Shown here: positions 1 through 10,047 of the stretch, in pieces
How the letters are laid out: each line of letters begins with the position of its first letter
Position numbering within the stretch: the stretch's first letter is position 1
NCBI GenBank assembly: GCA_944320495.1
Contig: CALUHR010000005.1
Coordinates: 32,001-96,000, forward strand
Origin: Candidatus Methanomethylophilaceae archaeon
Lineage (GTDB): Archaea > Thermoplasmatota > Thermoplasmata > Methanomassiliicoccales > Methanomethylophilaceae
Reading direction: 5' to 3'
Length of the DNA stretch: 64,000 nucleotides
Program-made: the position numbers and the translations under genes
The notes under the pieces: model-generated
What the model was told of the DNA's origin: nothing
The model's input: only the letters and a program-made list of their open reading frames with translations
The model's database searches: none

Positions 1-2332
1 GGTCTGCCATCCTCATGGCCCCCTTGAGATCACCCGCCTCCAGCAGCGAGGCGGACATCGCCATCAGGGCGCCCACGTCCTCCTTAGGCCTCTCGGGCTC
101 CGGCTCCGGGACCTCCTCCCGAGGGCCGACGGCCCCGGAGGCCATCCTCTCCCTCTCCTCTGATATCATCCTGGAATCCGGGAGCCTCGCGGCGGCCTCG
201 TCGAGCGATGCGATCGCCGCCTCCCTGTCCCCCTTGGACAGGAGCATGCGCGCGAGCCTCACAGCCGCGGTCTCGGAGGCCTCCACGGCCTGACGGGCCC
301 TGAGCACCTCGGCCGCGACCGCGGTGTCACCGGATGCGGCGAGTATGTCAGCCTCGATGTCCATGATGCGCACCTCGGCCGGCAAGGCTATCCTGGCCTG
401 ATCGATGAAATACAGCGCCTCGGCGTTCCTGCCCGCCGATGCAAGTATCTTCGACTTGCGGACGAGGGCCGCGGTGCACGACGGGTCCAGCTCCAGCGCC
501 CTGTTGAGCGACTCTATGGCCCCGTAACGGTCCCCCATCCTCTCCTGAACGGCGGATTTCGATATCCAGAACTGGGACTCCCCCTGATCCAGGAGGAGGG
601 CCCTGTTGTAGGCCGCCTCCGCCGACTCCAGGTCCTCGCGGGCCTCGTCCGCCATCCCCTTGGAATGCCAGAGAACGGGGTTGTGCGGGTCCATCGCGGC
701 CGCCTCGGAGAACGTCACGGACGCCCTCAGGTACTCGCCTGTCTGATATTCGGCGTTGCCCCTCAGCCTCCTGAGCATCGGATCCCTCGGATACTGCCTG
801 CAGATGGGGTCCGCCATGGACACCGCCTCGCGGGACATCCCGCAGGACAGCATCTCGGACAGGACCACGATGGCCCTCTCGCGGGAGCCGTCGTCCCTCA
901 GGACGCCCGCGAACATGTCCGCCGCTTTCTGGCGGTCCCCCTGCCCGCAGGTGGCGACGGCCAGGACCGTCCTCGTCGCCAGGTCCGACGGATCGGCCTG
1001 CAGGAGCGAGCGGCACGCGTCGGCCGCCCCGGCGTAGTCCCCAGTTGACATGTGCAGGTCGCGCATCAGCCCCAGGGCGTCCGAGTTGGTCGGATCGGCC
1101 TGCAGGATGCGGGAGCATTCGCGCTCCGCCGACTCCGGACGGTCCATCAGGTACAGGACACGGGCCAGCTGGGCACGGGCGGTATTGCTCTCCCCGTCCC
1201 TGCGGACTGCCCTGACGGCCGCGCTGCGCGCAGAGAGGTAGTCCCCGGAGCGCATCAGCATGATCGATCTCATCGTCAGGGTGACCGAGTCGTCGCCCAC
1301 GTACATCGAGTATCTGTCGAGTATCGTCTCGGCCTCCCCGTCCATGCCCCTCTGGAGCAGGAACCTGACGGCCGACACGTGATCCTCCGAATCGCTGAAC
1401 TCGCTGTCGAGCATCGCGCGGAGCGCGTTCATCATCTCGATGCGGTCCCCGGCGAGCGTCCTGGCCTTCACCGTGTCCGACAGGACGCGCCTGGAATGCC
1501 CGTCCGCCCTGGACAGCAGGTCGAGCGCACGGGTCGGGTCTCCCAGGCCGATGGCGGCCTCCGCGGCCTCTACGAACACGAATGGCGGTGGCTCCATGGA
1601 GGCCAGCTCCGAGTACACCATGGAGGCCGAGTGCCAGTCCTTCTCGTCCATGGATATGCGCGCCGATGCCAGCAGGAACTCGGGATCCCTCTCCTCGTAC
1701 CACCTGCTGCCCACCAGGGTGCGGGTGGCGGAGTCCCTCCTGCCGGAGAACCAGTCGCGGTAGATCCCGAACAGCTCCTGTACCCTGCCATCCCCCGGCG
1801 GGTTGGACGGGCGCTCGCCCTCCAGCACCGCCTGGATGTTCTCGCGTATCGACCAGTCGCCCTCTGGATCGGCCTCCCTCAGTATGGCATAGGCATCCCT
1901 GCACTCCGGCCCGTATCCGTACGCACGGCCGGCGGCGACGGCGGCACCCTTGGTGTCCCCGCGGGCCATGCATATCGTGGCCTCCGCCAGGGATCTCATG
2001 ACCATCTCCCCCGAGTCGGCCGACATGGCGAGGACCTCCTCCGCCCCGTCTGGATCGCCGGCCTCGAGGAGCACCTCCGATGCGCGAACAGACGGCATGC
2101 AGTCCGTGGCGCGGGAGCGGGAGACAATCCCCTTCATGATCTCCTTGTCGGTGATGCCCTCCTCCGCCAGCGCATCGATGAGCATGACCAGGACCTGTGA
2201 GTTGACCGTGTCCTCGTAGTTCGCCACCTCCGCCGCGAGGGCCGCCGGCCCGCCCTTCGAGAACGTCCTGCCCTCCAGGGACTTCCAGACGCGATAATCG
2301 AACGGGCTCTGTAGGACGGGGTGGCCTGACAT
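1..2332 (-). CDS. Tetratricopeptide-repeat (TPR) protein, 3' end runs off the window
   Basis: Manual translation from ATG at 2332 (MSGHPVLQSPFDYRVW...) is open to position 1, with helical TPR-like repeats (e.g. AYNRALLLDQGESQFWISKS, SLNRALELDPSCTAALVRKS). It is missing from the ORF track because there is no stop in the window. Confidence 0.85.
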   Translation of the reverse strand, partial: MSGHPVLQSPFDYRVWKSLEGRTFSKGGPAALAAEVANYEDTVNSQVLVMLIDALAEEGITDKEIMKGIVSRSRATDCMPSVRASEVLLEAGDPDGAEEVLAMSADSGEMVMRSLAEATICMARGDTKGAAVAAGRAYGYGPECRDAYAILREADPEGDWSIRENIQAVLEGERPSNPPGDGRVQELFGIYRDWFSGRRDSATRTLVGSRWYEERDPEFLLASARISMDEKDWHSASMVYSELASMEPPPFVFVEAAEAAIGLGDPTRALDLLSRADGHSRRVLSDTVKARTLAGDRIEMMNALRAMLDSEFSDSEDHVSAVRFLLQRGMDGEAETILDRYSMYVGDDSVTLTMRSIMLMRSGDYLSARSAAVRAVRRDGESNTARAQLARVLYLMDRPESAERECSRILQADPTNSDALGLMRDLHMSTGDYAGAADACRSLLQADPSDLATRTVLAVATCGQGDRQKAADMFAGVLRDDGSRERAIVVLSEMLSCGMSREAVSMADPICRQYPRDPMLRRLRGNAEYQTGEYLRASVTFSEAAAMDPHNPVLWHSKGMADEAREDLESAEAAYNRALLLDQGESQFWISKSAVQERMGDRYGAIESLNRALELDPSCTAALVRKSKILASAGRNAEALYFIDQARIALPAEVRIMDIEADILAASGDTAVAAEVLRARQAVEASETAAVRLARMLLSKGDREAAIASLDEAAARLPDSRMISEERERMASGAVGPREEVPEPEPERPKEDVGALMAMSASLLEAGDLKGAMRMAD

Positions 2333-2426
2333 GATGGCCGTATGCTGGTGTGTCTATGTAAAAGGTTTCAAGTGGTCTCCGGAGGACCACTATTGTTATA
2401 TATGACGACTAAATTGGGGATTTCAG

Positions 2427-2499
2427 GCAGCTGTGATCTAGCTGGTTAGGATCTGAGCCTTCCAAGCTCATTGCCCGGGTTCGAATCCCGGCGGCTGCA
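2427..2499 (+). tRNA. tRNA-Gly (anticodon TCC), CCA not encoded
   Basis: Acceptor stem GCAGCTG/CGGCTGC, anticodon arm TGAGC-CT TCC AA-GCTCA (anticodon 2461-2463), T-arm CCGGG-TTCGAAT-CCCGG. Confidence 0.95.
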
Positions 2500-2676
2500 C
2501 TCATCCCTTCTATCATCGATTTCTTGAAAACGCAAGCTCCGAATCCCCTCGCGTATCATCGGATCTTCATAGCTTTCGCCACCGCAACCCGAATTTCCGG
2601 ACGTTTCCGGCACCGTTCCTTGATCTTCGTTATCGTTGCCAATGAGGGATACATAGAGACAATCCGGAATCATCCG

Positions 2677-2696
2677 ATCCTCTTCATGAAGAGGAT
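2677..2696. repeat. Perfect 20-bp palindrome ATCCTCTTCATGAAGAGGAT
   Basis: Self-reverse-complementary, read directly from the sequence. Confidence 0.85.
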
Positions 2697-2821
2697 GATG
2701 AAGAGGATTAGGACCTGACGGCATACGGTTACAGACATTCGCCCCGAAGGCTATTGAAGGCAGAATCAGCCGTTCCTCTGATGCTCACCCATCTGGATGG
2801 GAGAGGTTCAATGAAATTTCG

Positions 2822-2878
2822 ACTTATCCTGAATTCCCGGCATGTGGAAGTAAAACATGCCGGGAATTCAGGTTAAGT
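2822..2878. repeat. Long inverted repeat (18-bp perfect arms, 24 bp with one mismatch, 9-nt loop)
   Basis: CCTGAATTCCCGGCATGT (2828-2845), loop GGAAGTAAA, ACATGCCGGGAATTCAGG (2855-2872), flanked by ACTTA/TAAGT. Confidence 0.9.
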
Positions 2879-3156
2879 TAATTCAGAAACCTTGTACTAG
2901 GATGGATCGGACCACCAGGATCCTTATCCACGGGAGGGGGTGGGATGCAGCATCAGACGATCCCGAACATCATGGCGTTCGATGCCCGTATCGGGATGTA
3001 TTATTAGATTGCTATCTCCCGACACCCCGATTACAAACCGATTGTTCTGCCATTATTCCGTCTTTCTTTCCGTTACGGTACGGGACGGAGGCGTTCTGGC
3101 CTCCTCCTTAACCATCCTTAAATAATCACCAATCGTGGAAATCACGGTGACCGACT

Positions 3157-5916
3157 GTGTCCGCCCCCACGCCGAAGCGCATTGCTTTACTCGTTACCGC
3201 ACTCATGGTCGTCTCAGCCGTCGCTCTGATCCTATCTGCCTCCGACTACGAGGGACAGGACGGAGCGGAGACCACGGAAGATCCGGTGACTGAGGTATGG
3301 ACGGATGCCAAAGCCGTGATATTCGATTCCTCGAACTCTTCAGCTACCAAGACATACTATACCTCGATACAGGGGGCAATCGACACAGTCATCGAAGCCG
3401 TCGAAACGGATGCCGAGACGACCTGGAAATGGACGATCTACGTCAAGGCCCAGACCATCGATACGACCGTCAATGTGCCTTACCAAAGCAGCACCTCATC
3501 ACACCCTGCCAACAGCCCCGGCCTCGTGGAGATCACTCTGAAGGGGATATCGGGCGATATCGAACCTGCAGAGGAACCGACAAACTCTGAAACTGTAACA
3601 TTGTCCAAATCGCAGCATCTCGAAAGCCCGATGTTCCATGTCGAAGGCAGATTGATAATAGAGGGCATCGAGATAGTAGGTGATGATCAATCCACCGATT
3701 CTAGCTGCGCCATAGAGGTCGTCGGCACCAATCCGCATATTCGCAACGCCGAACTCTTCCTTGCAGGGACATCGATCACCGGATACAACGGAGTGGCTAT
3801 CGATGTCAGTGGCGGCAACGTGACCGTGGATGCATCCAGCACCCTGGATTCCACCATTTCGTCTGAGGGCGAGGGCATCATCACCGCCAGGACCTCCAGC
3901 GTCAGTGTGTATGGAAGCGTCTTTGATCCAAAAGACGGAGACGGATATCACATCCTCGCAAAGTATGATGATGTGATTGGAAGCAACGGCGGAGCCGGAC
4001 TGATGGTGTATGTCAACGGTATGGAGCAGGCGGATCGGATCAACATCTGCCTCGAGGATCGGACGGACTTGAAGGAATACACGCATCTGACCATCGAATA
4101 CGAGGGCGACGTGCCCCAGGACTATGCTGGATCCGAACTCATCGACATCACATTGAACAATGATGATCTGGAAAGCGGATTCACACTGGGTCAACGGATA
4201 ATAGACGCCTCCGATCTGGGGATGGACGTCGTCAGTCCTCACGACAGCCTGGGTATGGATGGCCGTTATCAGTACTATCTAGTCACACCGATCGTAGGGG
4301 ATCTATCCACCTTCGTCGTCAAGAGTGATGGGGAGCCCGTCGCCAATGAGCTCGTAATCCTCTCAAGAACCACACAAGGCCCCGTCTTCGCCGGGATAAC
4401 CGATGAGAACGGCATCCTTGCCCATGACGTTCTGGACGGGATGTACAATCTGCAGATAGGGTATAGGTCGCGCGGTTCCATCGCGGTGTCCAGTGCTACC
4501 ACGGAGATAGAATCCGACAATAATGGTACACCACCCGTCACGGGAGACGTGAACCTGTATATCTGGAGCATAGATGCGACGGCCCTGATTGAGGAGGTTA
4601 ACATCTCTGCAAATGGAGTACACTCATCAGATAACCAGATAGAACAGTTCTACAGCCATCTGTCGACCGAACAGGACCTTCTCAGGTTTATTGACATAAC
4701 GGGGCTACCGGGTGGAACCTCCATGGTCTTCTCCCTGGAGTTCCCCTCGACAGACCTCGATGACAATCATATCATCGTATTCCGCGAGCACGATGGTCAG
4801 ATAACCCAGCTGCAGAACGGTGACCCGCACTCGTCCAGCGGGGAATGCTTCGTGGTAGAGACCGTCGGTGAGAATGTCTATGTCACGATAAGGGCCGAGC
4901 AGTTCTCCATATTCGCCCTGGGATCCGAATCGCCTGCACCGGAGCCCGAACCGGAACCAGAATACACGACGGTCACCGCCGCCCTCGAGAACAGGATGGT
5001 CCGTATATCCGTGGGCCCGGAGAGCTACAAGGAGTACTGCATCCGTGACACCGACGGGAACATCCTCCTGGGATGGGCGTCCGGCGCTTCCGGCCTCATC
5101 ATACGGTTCGACCCCCTCCCACCCGGTGCGGAGTACAGGGTCATGGGACGCCACATCGGCACGACCGCCGAGATACTCGAGGCGACGATTGTAGCGCCGA
5201 AGGATCCTGCGATTGATGTGGTCTCGGCCGGCGTGGACAGTGTCACGCTCGCATCGGAGGAGATGGTCGAGTACAGACTGCTCCTGGGGGACGGCACCCC
5301 GGTAGGGGACTGGATCTCCGGCGACGGGGCCGCCAAGACATGGGCGGACCTCGACCCCACACTGGACTACTACGCCGAGGCCACCTCCACGTCGGACGGC
5401 ATGACGCTGTCCGCCGGACCCGTGCTCGTCAAGAACGGGACCATCGGCGAGATATCCGGCCTCATTAGGCACGGCGGCATGTATCTGGTCGTGACGGGCC
5501 TGGAGCAGGGATGGATCTGCGAGACGGACGCCACCATATACTGCTCCACAGGGTCGTCCCTGACCATCGGACCGCTCTCCCCCGGCACCGTGACCGTCAC
5601 GTTCGTCAGCCCGGACGGGGAGGAGGGGCGCAGCGTGGAGGTCATCGTCCCGTCGATCCCGCAGGACGCGACGGACGATGCAGACACAGTCACCATCGCA
5701 GCCGAGGACGGCGTGATGTACATGCTGCGGGACCACACGGGCGCGACCGTGTCCGAGGGATGGATCGACGGCGAAGGGGAGCTCTCCTGGTCCGTGGACC
5801 CGTCCAGGGGGTACTTCGTCACAATGATCACCGGGAACAAGGACGGGACCGTGATGTTCCCGATGACCGAGATCAAGCGTCCGGCGGAGATGATCCCGCC
5901 GTCGGAGGGGACATGA
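3157..5916 (+). CDS. Large acidic secreted/surface (adhesin-like) protein
   Basis: 919 aa with an N-terminal hydrophobic segment, beta-rich acidic body and a PEPEPEPE linker after an FSIFAL motif; GTG start. Confidence 0.7.
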   Translation: MSAPTPKRIALLVTALMVVSAVALILSASDYEGQDGAETTEDPVTEVWTDAKAVIFDSSNSSATKTYYTSIQGAIDTVIEAVETDAETTWKWTIYVKAQTIDTTVNVPYQSSTSSHPANSPGLVEITLKGISGDIEPAEEPTNSETVTLSKSQHLESPMFHVEGRLIIEGIEIVGDDQSTDSSCAIEVVGTNPHIRNAELFLAGTSITGYNGVAIDVSGGNVTVDASSTLDSTISSEGEGIITARTSSVSVYGSVFDPKDGDGYHILAKYDDVIGSNGGAGLMVYVNGMEQADRINICLEDRTDLKEYTHLTIEYEGDVPQDYAGSELIDITLNNDDLESGFTLGQRIIDASDLGMDVVSPHDSLGMDGRYQYYLVTPIVGDLSTFVVKSDGEPVANELVILSRTTQGPVFAGITDENGILAHDVLDGMYNLQIGYRSRGSIAVSSATTEIESDNNGTPPVTGDVNLYIWSIDATALIEEVNISANGVHSSDNQIEQFYSHLSTEQDLLRFIDITGLPGGTSMVFSLEFPSTDLDDNHIIVFREHDGQITQLQNGDPHSSSGECFVVETVGENVYVTIRAEQFSIFALGSESPAPEPEPEPEYTTVTAALENRMVRISVGPESYKEYCIRDTDGNILLGWASGASGLIIRFDPLPPGAEYRVMGRHIGTTAEILEATIVAPKDPAIDVVSAGVDSVTLASEEMVEYRLLLGDGTPVGDWISGDGAAKTWADLDPTLDYYAEATSTSDGMTLSAGPVLVKNGTIGEISGLIRHGGMYLVVTGLEQGWICETDATIYCSTGSSLTIGPLSPGTVTVTFVSPDGEEGRSVEVIVPSIPQDATDDADTVTIAAEDGVMYMLRDHTGATVSEGWIDGEGELSWSVDPSRGYFVTMITGNKDGTVMFPMTEIKRPAEMIPPSEGT

Positions 5917-6839
5917 GGATCAAGGACGGCATCAACCCCATCGACCGTGTGAACACCGTCGCGGCCGAGAGCGAGTCCAGTTCCGAGGAGAACGAGACCG
6001 CGGAGGAGATCCAGCAGACGACCGAGATGCAGAGGTTCGAGGAGTTCAACAGAGGGTCCGGGGGCGGGACCTCCTTCAAGCGGGAGAAGAAGTCCTCCAA
6101 GAACGCCCAGAAGGCCGTGCTCAGGACCATGATGGCGGTATCCGCCGTGGTCGTGCTGACGGTTTCGCCGATCTCCATCTTCGAACCTATATTCGGACCG
6201 GTACTCGACCCCGTCTTCGACCCCATCTTCGAATCGGACGCGGAATCGTCCGACGGAGACTTGGGGGAGCCGCCCTACGAAGGGGGCCTGACGGGGAGCT
6301 TCTCCGAGGTCGTCGCATCGGAGGACACGATATGGTACACCGTCAGCGTCGACGGTCTCCAGGGGGACGAGACGCTGACCGTGGACCTGACGAACAAGTT
6401 CACGGACCGGTCGTCGACGATCGGAGGGGACGGCTCCTCCGGCTCGCAGACCGGCCTCAAACCGGGGATGACCTACACGCTCACGCTCAGGGACGGCGGA
6501 CACACACTGGCGTCCGTCACCGTGAAGACGGAGCGCGAGATCGTCACGTTCTTCCACCTGGAGGATGCGGGATGCACCTGCCTCCTCGACGGGATGTTCC
6601 ACTTCTCCGCCGAGATAATCGACGGAGGGGTGCAGCACGACTTCACCGCGACGCTCACCGACTGGTACGGCAACGTCTCGACGGTCTCGATCGATCCGGA
6701 GGCCGGGGAATACTCCATACCGGTCACCGGGACCGCCCTCCTAGGGGACTCCGCGATACTCACCATATCCTGCATACGGGACCTCGAGGACGGCGGCACT
6801 GAGCTCGTGGTGCTCCACGAGTCGGAGTACATGATATGA
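5913..6839 (+). CDS. Membrane-anchored hypothetical protein with beta-sandwich (FN3-like) C-terminal part
   Basis: ATGA overlap with the upstream gene; MRIKDGINPID..., one TM segment (AVLRTMMAVSAVVVLTVSPISIF), ...GLKPGMTYTLTL... Confidence 0.7.
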   Translation: MRIKDGINPIDRVNTVAAESESSSEENETAEEIQQTTEMQRFEEFNRGSGGGTSFKREKKSSKNAQKAVLRTMMAVSAVVVLTVSPISIFEPIFGPVLDPVFDPIFESDAESSDGDLGEPPYEGGLTGSFSEVVASEDTIWYTVSVDGLQGDETLTVDLTNKFTDRSSTIGGDGSSGSQTGLKPGMTYTLTLRDGGHTLASVTVKTEREIVTFFHLEDAGCTCLLDGMFHFSAEIIDGGVQHDFTATLTDWYGNVSTVSIDPEAGEYSIPVTGTALLGDSAILTISCIRDLEDGGTELVVLHESEYMI

Positions 6840-6856
6840 TAGGAGGGGATTGAAGG

Positions 6857-7882
6857 ATGCAAAATAACGGAAGGAAGAGGTTCCCGATTGTCAAGGCGAT
6901 CGTGCTGGTGTTCATGCTGGCGGTCACCCTGGTCTCGTGGTTCCTCGCCGACAGGATCTACGGGGAGGGGTCGGTCTTCAACGCCGCCCCCACGGGGGTG
7001 GACAGCGTCGACGCAATCTACCAGTCCATGCCCGAGGCCATCGACTGCATAAGGCTGGTCTTCCTGCTCTATGTGTTCACGAAGGTCGTCCAGTTCATCG
7101 TGACCAGGACGATGAGCAGCAACAAGAAGAGCATGACCGCCGCCAAGATGATCTGCAGCTTCGTCAAGTACGTCGTGGCGATCCTCGCCATACTGTCCGT
7201 GCTCTCGGTGCTCGGCGTAGACACTGCGACGCTGGTCGCCAGCGCCGGACTCGTCACGCTGGTGGTCGGTCTCGGCGCCCAGAGCCTCATAGCGGACGTG
7301 GTGGCGGGGCTGTTCACCGTGTTCGAGGGCGAGTACGGCGTCGGGGACATCGTCGTCATCGACGGATGGAGGGGCGAGATCGAGGAGATCGGCATCCGCT
7401 CCACCAGACTGGTGGATGCCGGAGGTAACGTGAAGATAATCAACAACAGCGAGATCGTCTCCGTGGTCAACCAGACCCAGAACTACTCCGTCGTCACCAC
7501 GATCGTGCCCATAGAGTACGAGGAGTCCCTCATCAGGGTCGAGGGCGTCATCGAAGCGAACCTCGACCGCATCAAGGCGGCCATCCCCGAGATCGTCAAC
7601 GGCCCGTACTACAAGGGCGTCAACGCGCTGGGCCCGTCCAGCGTCGACCTCATGTTCATAAGCGACTGCGACGAGAACGACTACTTCATCGTCCAGAGGG
7701 CGATGAACAGGGAGCTGAAGCTACTCTTCGACGAGAACGGCATCAACATCCCCTACCAGCAGGTGGTCGTCCACCAGGCGGTTCCGCAGGACGCCTCCTC
7801 GGGGCCGGTGGACCGCTCCTCAGACGGGTTCGTGGCGGAGCAGAGCAGGATCTCCAAGGACCTGGAGGCCAACCAGACCTGA
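6857..7882 (+). CDS. mscS: Small-conductance mechanosensitive channel (MscS family)
   Basis: GLGAQSLIADVVAGLF...EGEYGVGDIVVIDGWRGEIEEIGIRSTRL...IINNS, typical of MscS. Confidence 0.9.
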   Translation: MQNNGRKRFPIVKAIVLVFMLAVTLVSWFLADRIYGEGSVFNAAPTGVDSVDAIYQSMPEAIDCIRLVFLLYVFTKVVQFIVTRTMSSNKKSMTAAKMICSFVKYVVAILAILSVLSVLGVDTATLVASAGLVTLVVGLGAQSLIADVVAGLFTVFEGEYGVGDIVVIDGWRGEIEEIGIRSTRLVDAGGNVKIINNSEIVSVVNQTQNYSVVTTIVPIEYEESLIRVEGVIEANLDRIKAAIPEIVNGPYYKGVNALGPSSVDLMFISDCDENDYFIVQRAMNRELKLLFDENGINIPYQQVVVHQAVPQDASSGPVDRSSDGFVAEQSRISKDLEANQT

Positions 7883-8051
7883 CGGGATGCCTCCGCATCC
7901 CTCGAAACCCTTCCGCCCTGATCCAGGGGACCGTCCGCACGGTCTCCCGGATGGGGCGCCACACATCCTCCGGGAATCACCCCGATGACGGTCGATGCCC
8001 GACCGCACACCGTGAGACCCTCCGGATGCGGAGTGCACGATACAGTGATAG

Positions 8052-8644
8052 TCACAGAAAGAGCCAGAGAATCAGGCCCGTGGCGACGACCCCGCAGACT
8101 GCGCCGCCCACGAGCTGGCGGGGGTGTGCTTGCGCCTGACGTAGCGGCTCCATATCACCGGCGGGAGAAGCAGGAACGCCACCGTCCCCCATGGCCAGAA
8201 CGCCAGCGACAGGGGCATGGAGGGACCCGTCACGCCGGTCGCATGGATAATGATCTTCCACCTTGTGCTTATGAGCGCGACAAGCGCGGTGCTGATCGCG
8301 TAGCTGAGCATCATAACGGTCATGATGTGCGGGGCGTCGACGACCGAAAGCAGCGCCATGCCGAGGATGTATGAGAGTATCCCTACGACGAAGATCTGGC
8401 ACGGTCCTCTCTCTCCTGACCGCGTCGCCGTCGGTGTTGCCGAACTTGACCGAGTGGTGATGGACGGCGGCCACCGGGATCACCGTCGCTGTGAGGAGGA
8501 ATATGACGACCGGGACGAAGGCATCCTCGGCGCCCAGACCCAGCAGGACGAACATCATCGCCGAGAGAAACGGGACAGGAGTCGCCGCCGAAATCAGGCG
8601 GGACAGCCTGTCCGCCCCCCCCCCCGGCGATAGCTCCCCTTCAT
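8052..8644 (-). pseudogene. Frameshifted integral membrane protein (PAP2-like/phosphoesterase-type), pseudogene or sequencing-error region
   Basis: Coherent membrane-protein text is split over frames (...ADRLSRLIS...RRERTVP / IFVVGILSYILGMALL...WKIIIHATGV...RKHTPA / QLVGGAVCGVVATGLILWLFL). The ATG at 8644 is out of frame across a G11 tract, with further indels near 8397 and 8117. Confidence 0.55.
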
Positions 8645-8668
8645 AAAGACTGGTCAAATCGCGGACCC

Positions 8669-9244
8669 TCAATCCCCGGCCTCCAGCACCTTTCCTATCA
8701 TGTCCTTCAGCTCCGAGGTGCCAGACGTGTTCTCGATGACGATCCATCCCTCCGACAGCCCCAGCATCCTCCTGCGGACCATCTCCAGCCTCTCGCGGGT
8801 CTCGAATACCTCATGTTCCTCCCCGCGGCCCTCTATGCGTGCGAGCGCGATACCGGGATCGACGTCCACCAGGATCGCAGTGTCCGGTGTGGGGAGCACC
8901 GCGACTATGATGCGATAGGCGACACTGCACAGGCGATCTGGCAGGTACGCCGCGGCCATGCTGTACCTCACGAAGACGAAGTCGTCGTATCCGCGCCCCC
9001 TCCTGCCGCGCATGACGCGGATGGAGCGCAGGATGTCGAGGATGAACAGCGATGTCGAGCACAGCATCGCGGCCTTCCCCTCCCTCTGCAGGAAGCGGAG
9101 CTCCAACCTCCCCATGCGGGTTTCCCTGCTCGGATGCGTCAGCACCAGGACCCTGCGGCCGCGGGACTCCAGCCCCGAGCGGAGCATCTCCGCAACGGTG
9201 CTCTTGCCGGAGCCGTCCATCCCGTCCACGACGTACCATGCCAT
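8669..9244 (-). CDS. tmk: Thymidylate kinase family protein
   Basis: MAWYVVDGMDGSGKST P-loop, VRYSMAAAY, ILVDVDPGIALARIEGRG. Confidence 0.8.
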   Translation of the reverse strand: MAWYVVDGMDGSGKSTVAEMLRSGLESRGRRVLVLTHPSRETRMGRLELRFLQREGKAAMLCSTSLFILDILRSIRVMRGRRGRGYDDFVFVRYSMAAAYLPDRLCSVAYRIIVAVLPTPDTAILVDVDPGIALARIEGRGEEHEVFETRERLEMVRRRMLGLSEGWIVIENTSGTSELKDMIGKVLEAGD

Positions 9245-9249
9245 CGATA

Positions 9250-9951
9250 TCACAGCCCCAGGGCGACCATCGCGAGCGCCACGACCAGAGGGGTGACGAT
9301 GTTGTCGTACTGACCGGGGCACACGGCCTCCAGCACCATGGCGATCAGGCCGGCGATCACGGCCGCCGCCCAGAACGGGACGATCGCGGCGCTGTCCCCG
9401 GCGGGATAGAATCCCGAGGATGTGAGCCATCCGTAGTACAGGATGATGAACGCAGCCGCCAGAGCTGTGGCGGCGAACACCGCCAGGGATCCCTCCAGCG
9501 ACTTGCCGTTGAGGATGCGGTGCCTCCCGTACCTCCTGCCGACGATGCTGCCGAACCCGTCCCCGAAGGTCATCGCCACCACTCCGATGGTGGCCGCCGT
9601 CCAGTGGTCCCAGAAGAACGCCACCAGGATGGTTATCGTCACGGTGTATAGGAACAGGCCGGTCCGGTGGCCCTTGTTGTTGGCGAGGTCCCCCAGCTTC
9701 GATTCGGAGACGGCGTTCCCCCGGAACATCGCTATGAAGAGCAACACGGCGAACGGGACCGTGAAGAACACCAGCATGATCCAGTTCTCGGAGAACATCC
9801 ACCACACGAGGACGAAGAACCCGACCCCCACGTGGACGACCTTGCGCGCGTCCCCGCCGGTGCCCCGCCTCTCCATGACCAGCGCGACGGCTAGGGACGA
9901 GGCGATGATGGCGTACACGAGTGCCAGACCGACGAGATCCTGAGGGGTCAC
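9250..9951 (-). CDS. Dolichol/phytol (polyprenol) kinase family membrane protein
   Basis: RKVVHVGVG, MTFGDGFGSIVGRRYG, KSLEGSLA and DNIVTP motifs. Confidence 0.8.
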   Translation of the reverse strand: MTPQDLVGLALVYAIIASSLAVALVMERRGTGGDARKVVHVGVGFFVLVWWMFSENWIMLVFFTVPFAVLLFIAMFRGNAVSESKLGDLANNKGHRTGLFLYTVTITILVAFFWDHWTAATIGVVAMTFGDGFGSIVGRRYGRHRILNGKSLEGSLAVFAATALAAAFIILYYGWLTSSGFYPAGDSAAIVPFWAAAVIAGLIAMVLEAVCPGQYDNIVTPLVVALAMVALGL

Positions 9952-10047
9952 CGGATATCGTCATGGGTCACGTGTTCCATTTCAAAAAACCCTGCGCGTC
10001 CCGGGACCGGTCTAAAGGTCAAATACACCCTGGTACATGGTCGGGGC

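Noticed and set aside
348-2390. 680-aa ORF in the track, and many other long ORFs (e.g. 9921-12839, 16784-18847, 32948-35086, 37946-39532)
   Set aside because: These are off-frame or antisense shadows of real genes in a GC-rich genome with few stops. Their translations are Arg/Gly/Pro-rich with no motifs; the real frame here is the TPR gene starting at 2332.
2446-2724. 92-aa ORF overlapping the tRNA
   Set aside because: It overlaps tRNA-Gly antisense, has atypical codons and shows no motif.
4935-4965. PEPEPEPE and similar Pro/Glu repeats (also in chlD and the TPR protein)
   Set aside because: These are ordinary low-complexity linkers with degenerate codons, not a DNA-level repeat system.
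2427-6839. Integrated element at tRNA-Gly
   Set aside because: No integrase, no duplicated tRNA 3' end seen elsewhere in the window, and no mobile-element genes.
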